A DNA stretch of 64,000 nucleotides from Prorocentrum cordatum (lineage: Eukaryota). Shown in pieces: positions 45,497 to 64,000 of this stretch. The DNA lies in the NCBI GenBank assembly GCA_963575745.1, contig CAUYUJ010000333.1, positions 1-64,000 of the forward strand, in the 5' to 3' direction. Within the stretch, counting starts at the first letter, position 1, and every line of letters starts with the position of its first letter. Under the pieces are notes generated by a model. That model did no database searches. It was not told the origin of the DNA and saw only the letters and a list, made by a program, of their open reading frames with translations. A program made the translations under genes and the position numbers.

Positions 45497-46170
45497 GCGG
45501 GGCCCGCTTTGATCCGATTCGATGCCGATCCTGGCCGCCCCCATCCGATCCGATCGCGACCGCAGATCTCCTAACATTTTTTGGCTCAATCCGGGCGCTC
45601 TTCTTTGATTTTTGCCCATGGGGCCCTCTCTCGGGCCCGGGGCCATCAAAAACCAGCCTGGGGCAGAAAACTTCCCCAGGGAAGGGTTTCGGGACCTCTT
45701 GGCGCCGCGCATTGAACAAAAACGTATCATTCGTCGGATGGCCAGGACGTTCCGGCGATTTGATGCGGCCTGATGCGCGCACGGCGCCGCTGTGTATCCT
45801 GGCGCGGCCGATCCGATTCAATCTCAATCTCAGTGCTCCCAGGGCAGCGACAGGTGAAGACTGGGCCGGGGACTGCCATAAGAGTGCAGCGCTGCAGTGC
45901 GTGTATGATGTGAGCAGAGCGAGTAGTCTCCGTCCGTATGCGTCCTTGGCTCAGGGTGTCGAATAGGGAGATCCCTCGACTGAAGCACGCTGAACCGGGC
46001 TAGGTGCACCCAAAACACATCGAGAGAGTTTGATATCGTACAGTTGAGTCCTTGAGTGGGGGGTGAGCATCGACCCACTCGCCCATTCATCGCCAATCGG
46101 GGCCCAGTCCTCGCCCCGCCCAGCAGCGTGGGGTCTTTCTCCCACTGGGAGCACTATCGCCGATCTATCG

Positions 46171-46560
46171 GCGACTTTCGAGGGCTGCTGGTGGGTCCTG
46201 CGGAGTGAGGCACCGCGCGGACCTGAGCGTGACCTCGCCGTCCCTGGGGGGCTGCGATCTGCGAAACTGTCGCCACTTTCGAAGGCTGCTGGTGGGTCCT
46301 GCGGAGTGAGGCACCGCGCGGACCTGAGCGGGACCTCGCCGTCCCTGGGGGGCTGCGATCTGCAAAACTGTCGCCACTTTCGAGGGCTGCTGGTGGGTCC
46401 TGCGGAGGAAAGCACCGCGCGGACCTGAGCGGGACCTCGCCGTCCCTGGGGGGCTGCGATTTGCAAAACTGTCGCCACTTTCGAGGGCTGCTGGTGGGTC
46501 CAGCGGAGCGAGGCACCAGGCAGATCTGAGCGGGACATGGCAATCCCTGGGGGGCTGCGA
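46171..46560. repeat. 101-bp minisatellite, ~3.9 copies
   Basis: ACTTTCGAGGGCTGCTGGTGGGTCC recurs at 101-bp spacing. Confidence 0.9.
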
Positions 46561-46709
46561 GCCTCACGAATGCCGCTCGCAGAAGTATATGCGCCCATGT
46601 CACGTCATCACCTCCGTATAACGACTCCCAAGCTACTCATGCCCCGCATTGCGCAGGGGTTGGGTACGTCGCCAGGGTAATTTTGTTTTATTGTTGTTGC
46701 TGCTGCTGC

Positions 46710-46800
<91 letters not shown>

Positions 46801-47140
46801 CTTGTTGTTAATGTTGTTGTTGTTGCACTGAAGCCCCAGAGGGCCCGAGCGCCTCCACGGGGGCAGCTTTCCGTCCCAGGTCCGTTTTTGATGGGCCCCA
46901 GGCGTGGGGCCGGCCCCCTGGGGGCCGAAGCCGACGAAGGACGCGTGGATCGAACCAGAAGACCGTCGGAACTACCTGGGCCGCCCGCGCCGCTTCGGTG
47001 CTACTGCCGGCCCGACCCGACGGCAGGAGGAGGAGGAGGAGGAGGAGGAGGAGGAGGAGGAGGAGGAGGAGGAGGAGGAAGAGGACGCCCCGAGCCAGCC
47101 CGAGCCCCCGAGCTCTGGCGGCGGCGCGCCCCCTGCCGAG

Positions 47141-47267
47141 GAGGCTGGGCGGCAGAGAGCCCGCGGGCCGCGGCAGCCTCGACTTCCGCGAGCTCTCGAC
47201 CACCATCGTGCGGTGGAGCTTCCTGGCGGGGCTGCTGGCCGCCGTCTGCGGCATCGGCGGCGGCATG
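47141..47267 (+). CDS. TauE/SafE-family protein exon 8: RLGGREPAGRGSLDFRELSTTIVRWSFLAGLLAAVCGIGGGM
   Basis: Second-repeat AG...GIGGG motif; CCGAG|G acceptor, ATG|GT donor. Confidence 0.9.
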
Positions 47268-47761
47268 GTCGCTCGCCACAGGAGGATAGCAGCAGTGAGA
47301 CCACACGCCAGTCGTTGAAAGTAGGTGCCTCTGGACTCACAGATCTCAGTCGACTTCTGGTGCCTTCCTACTTCAAGAGTCGCTGTGCTTTTGCAGTGTT
47401 TGTGATTTTCTGGGAGGGCCTGAATCCAACCTACTTCATCCGCCTTCTACTTCATGTGTTTTCCCACTTCTTCGGACCGGCGTATACGGTAGGTTCGTGT
47501 CGTGTCGACCGGCGGCGACCCCGCCGCCGGCGTTCCATGTCGAACGCCGCCGGCGACCCAGAATCGGTCGACGTGGAACGATCTGACGTTTCGGAAAAAC
47601 GGCCGATCGTTCCAGGTCGAAGGATCCCCGCGATGTTAGAAGCCAGCGCCGGGGATCCTCACGACACGAGCCTGCCGTACTCGTGCTAGCGCGGACTCAT
47701 TGGGTCGGCACCAGGCCCGGACGGGCTCATGCTGCCCCCCACGCGATGGACCCGCCCCTAC

Positions 47762-48090
47762 GCATATATATATATAGGTATATATATGTACGTATGTATG
47801 TCTGTATGTATGCATGTATGTATATATGTATGTATGTATGCATGTATGTATGTATGTATGCATGCATGCATGCATGCATGCATGGATGTATGCATGCATG
47901 CATGCATGCATGCATGCATGCATGCATGTATGTATGTATGTATGTATGTATGTATGTATGTATGTATGCATGCATGCATGCATGCATGCATGCATGCATG
48001 CATGTATGTATGTATGTATGTAGGTAGGTAGGTAGGTAGGTAGGTAGGTAGGTAGGTATGTATGTATGTATGTATGTATGTATATACACA
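47762..48090. repeat. Compound (TATG)n/(CATG)n/(TAGG)n microsatellite
   Basis: Direct inspection. Confidence 0.95.
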
Positions 48091-49355
48091 TTTATATTGA
48101 GCGACTTGGGGTGGCGGCGCGAAGACGAGCTCTCGGAGGAGGTCTCCGCGTGGATGTCTCGGGTCGGCGCCGGGCCTGCCCCTGCCTGGCGCGCGAGGCG
48201 CGGCGGGGGGCGCGCCGGGGGCGCCGCCAGGGGGGGGGTCCAGCTCGGGTATGGCCAGGACCCTATAGGTACGGGGACCCGGTCAGTGGTACACCTTAGG
48301 CGATGCTTAAGAAAACTAGAATTTTCGGCCAGAGTCTCGATGATTCTTAATGTTTCAGTGTAAATCCTACAAGTTTGGTAGACATTTGGAGTTTTTATTC
48401 AAATTCTGAGACTATGAATTTCTTAACCCATGATTTCTTAAGCATTTCGCAGGGTGTAGGGCCCCGGAGCCTCCCAATTGGCCAGAGCCTGCCGCAGCCG
48501 GTGCTTCTCCGGGTGACGGCGATTCGGGTCAGTGGAAGGGGGCAGGCGGGGTGTCCCCCAGGGCACATCCCGAAACCAGGTCCCAGTAAACCCAGTTCTC
48601 CTCCTCCTCCTCCTCCTCCTCCTCCCCTCCTCCTCCTCCTCCTCCTCCTCCTCCCCTCCTCCTCCTTCTCCTCCTCCTCCTGCCAACGCCCGACCAGCGG
48701 GTCCGCGCGGACCTCCGAGCGCTTCTGCTCCTGCACAAGGGCGCCCTCGAGGGCGCGGAGGCATTCGCGCTTCGCGCCTCGCGGTTCGGCTCCGATTCCT
48801 CCTCGTCCTCTTCTCCCCTCGGGAGAAGGCGCGAGAGGGCGAAGTTAGTCGCACTTCGCGCTTCGCGGCGCAGCGCGAGAGCGCGAAGTTGGGAGCCGGC
48901 GCGGGGCGTCGCCGCGCGGGGAGGCGCCGGGGGCTGCCTCCCCAGACGTCCGACGAGAATTCCGCGCTTTGAATTTCGTTTTTTTTTTTTTTTTGTTCTC
49001 TCTAGATTTCGGTCTCTGGGGTCCGCTGTCGCGCCCCAGGGCCATAGCAAGTCTACCTGTGACGAAGGGCTCCCCTCGGGGAAGGGGTCAGGGCCTCCTG
49101 AGGCCTCGCACTGAAGAAACCACATCGTCGGACATCTGCCTTCCGAGAAGCCTCCTACATGTTTCTTTGGCGACGCCTGGCAGTCGAATGACTGCTGGAT
49201 GGCGACGCCGGGCAGCCGAATGACTGCTGGAGAAGGCCCGACGCCGCGCTGGAGAGCGGCGTCGGAGCCGTGCCCGTGCCGGAGGATCATGCCGTCCAGC
49301 TTCCCGGACGGCCCTCTGGGGCCCTGGGCCGTCCCCCCCTCGTGCGCGCCGCCAG

Positions 49356-49709
49356 GTCATGGGGCCGATCCTGGTCGGCCTGAATGTCCCGCCGCCGATC
49401 TCTGCGGCCACCACGGCGACCACGCTCCTGGTCCTGTCCACGAGCATCGAGGTGGTGTACATCGTGCGCGGCGGGGCTCCCTGGGGCTACTCTGCCTTCC
49501 TCTTCGTCGCAACCGCCTGCGGCGCGATGACGGGCAAGGTCCTCATCGGGAGATGGGTGAGGCGAACAGGGAGGGACGACATCATCGTGTGGTGCCTGGC
49601 AGGCATCACGATCGTCTCGATGCTGCTCATGGGCGGGCTGGGCCTGCTCAAGCTGATCCGCGACCCGGTCGGCGCCGTGCAGTTCAACAACATGTGCTCC
49701 ACCGCGTGA
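49356..49709 (+). CDS. TauE/SafE-family protein terminal exon 9: VMGPILVGLNVPPPISAATT...QFNNMCSTA*
   Basis: MGP.L...P..SAAT motif, several TM helices, TGA stop; the nine exons total 1248 nt (415 aa plus stop) with all phases consistent. Confidence 0.92.
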   Translation, partial: VMGPILVGLNVPPPISAATTATTLLVLSTSIEVVYIVRGGAPWGYSAFLFVATACGAMTGKVLIGRWVRRTGRDDIIVWCLAGITIVSMLLMGGLGLLKLIRDPVGAVQFNNMCSTA

Positions 49710-50647
49710 ATCGGCCTGCCCACTCGGGGAGTCTAATTTTCCGCGTGAATCGGCCTGCCCACCGCGTGAATCGGCCTGCCCACCGCGTGAATCGGCCTGT
49801 CCACAGCAATTCTCACCTAAAGTCTAATTTTTCTATCCGTGCGAGCCTTGTGCTGTGTGTCCGCACCGCGCGGGGCATCCGCGCACGGCCGCCAGGGTTG
49901 CAGCCCGGGGGTGTCCGCGACTCGGTTCGGTGCGCTGCGGCGCCGTCGGCCGTATTTGGCTGCTGATTGCGTTCGGTCGGCTGCCGCATCGCCGTGCCCG
50001 TGCAGGCTGATTTCGGGTTGTCGGTTGTCGGCTTCGGTCTCGGATTCGTCGTCGTCGATTCGGTCGGTCTTCGGTTTTGACGTCGACGTGGACCTCCATG
50101 CGGCCCAGGAGTCCAGACCGCGAGGCCGCGGATATGGATATGCTTCCAGTTCACGAGCAGCAAGCCGCTCTTTCTGCCTCTCCGAGCTTCAAAGGGGTCC
50201 TTTTTTATAGAATAGATAGAATCTCGGTCGAACAAGCAGATGCTCGATGCTGGGCGGGGCGCGCGTTGAACCAGTGACAAAAACGGAGCGTGCACTTGAT
50301 TATGCAACAAGATAGGCACGAGGAGATTGGGCACACTCTGGGGGCCCAAGGAAACGCAGAGGAAAACCAAGGAGCCCTTGAGGGACTATCGGGAATCTCT
50401 TCGAAATCCGAACAACCTGCAGTGCCCAGGGACTCCTACTCATGCCTCATGCCACCCGTTCTCCTCCTCCTCCTCCTCCTCCTCATCCTCTTCCTCCTCC
50501 TCCTCCTTCTCCTCCTCCTCCTCCTCCTCCTCCTCCTCCTTCATCTCCTCGCCCCGGGTGGTGTCCCTGTAGGCCCACTGCCCACTTCTCCTCACCGCCT
50601 CCACGGGGGCCATTCCGCCCCGCGGGCCTTCCCGGCAGTTTCCCCAG

Positions 50648-62695
<12,048 letters not shown>

Positions 62696-62726
62696 GCGCC
62701 CATTGGTGAGTTCGTGGTCGTCGTCA

Positions 62727-62804
<78 letters not shown>

Positions 62805-63004
62805 GCGTCCTCCTCCTGATGCTCCTGCTCCCCCTCCTTCCCCCTCCCCCCTCCTCTTCGTCCTCCTCGTCTTCGTCGTCCTCGTCCTCGTCCTTGTCCT
62901 CGTCCCCCTTCTCTCCCCGCTTCTCCCCCTCCTACTTCCGCATGCGCCGGAGGAGGAGGAGGAGGGGGAGGTGGAGGAGCTGCACGTTGTTGGTTACGTT
63001 GTGG

Positions 63005-63071
<67 letters not shown>

Positions 63072-63804
63072 GGCTTTTGGTGGTGATGATGAGGAGGAGG
63101 ACGGTGGTGGTGGTGGTGATGATGATTCTGCTGTTGCTGATGCTGGTGGTGGTGGTGATGATCATGCTGTTGACGATGATGATGGTGCTTCTGATCATGA
63201 TAACGATCATCATGATGATACTGTTGAAGTTGATTATGATGATGCTGACGACGATGATGACGACGCCGCCGACGACGAGATTAAGGTGATGACGATGATG
63301 GTGAGTATCACGGTTGCGATTGTTGTGATGATGATGTTGCTGATGATGATGATGCTGATGTTGATGACAATGTTCATTCCGCCGACGATGATGATTCTGA
63401 TGATGCTGCATGGTAATGATAGCGATGATGCTGATGATGTTGCTAATGGTGATGGCGATGGCGATGGTAATGATGGAAATGTTTCTGCTGCTGATGATGA
63501 CGACGATGCTGATGATGCTGATGCTGCTGCTTCTGATGATGATGATGATGATGATGATGATGACGATGCTGATGCTGCTGCTGATAATGATGACGATGCT
63601 GATGACGATGATGATGCTTATGACGAAGTGATGGCGATCGTGATGGTGATGACGATGCTGATGACGATGCCGATGCTGATGATGACGATGATGATGACGA
63701 TGATGATGATGATGCTGATGATGACGATGATGACGATGAGCGGCGATGACGATGACCTTGTGTATGATGATGGTTATGATAATGATTGTGGTGATGACGA
63801 TGAC

Positions 63805-63877
<73 letters not shown>

Positions 63878-64000
63878 ATGATGACGATGAGGATGCGGAT
63901 GAGGACGATGATGATGCTGTCGCTGATGATGATGCTGATAATGATGATGATGCTGATTCTGATTATGATCATGAGGATGGTGATGATAATGGTGATGATA

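Noticed and set aside
46901..46939. Extra TauE exon RGAGPLGAEADE
   Set aside because: Breaks phase with exon 8; exons 7 and 8 join directly in frame.

Overview
Eukaryotic, GC-rich, intron- and microsatellite-dominated DNA, very probably from a dinoflagellate (Prorocentrum-like). This is inferred from tiny exons, multi-kb introns, mostly GC/GA splice donors and co-oriented genes. Almost all ORFs in the supplied track are artefacts of (GAT)n, (GAG/CTC)n, (GTT)n and (GTA)n tracts. Manual splicing recovers (1) four + strand exons (533-10266) of an AGC/PKG-like kinase domain with degenerate catalytic motifs (YRNLKPKN, DMS) and no recognisable C-lobe exons; (2) a complete 9-exon TauE/SafE-family membrane protein gene (26604-49709, 1248 nt, 415 aa); and (3) weaker exon chains of unknown genes near 11.5 kb and 50-63 kb. 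Introns and intergenic DNA carry many non-autonomous elements: an 8-bp-TSD MITE family (6 copies, 2 with a nested Helentron-like insert), a 5-bp-TSD MITE, a TA-TSD MITE, an element flanked by 30-37-bp duplications, and microsatellite-tailed repeats. No rRNA, tRNA, CRISPR array or transposase ORF was recognised. Exon calls are by eye and need transcript confirmation.
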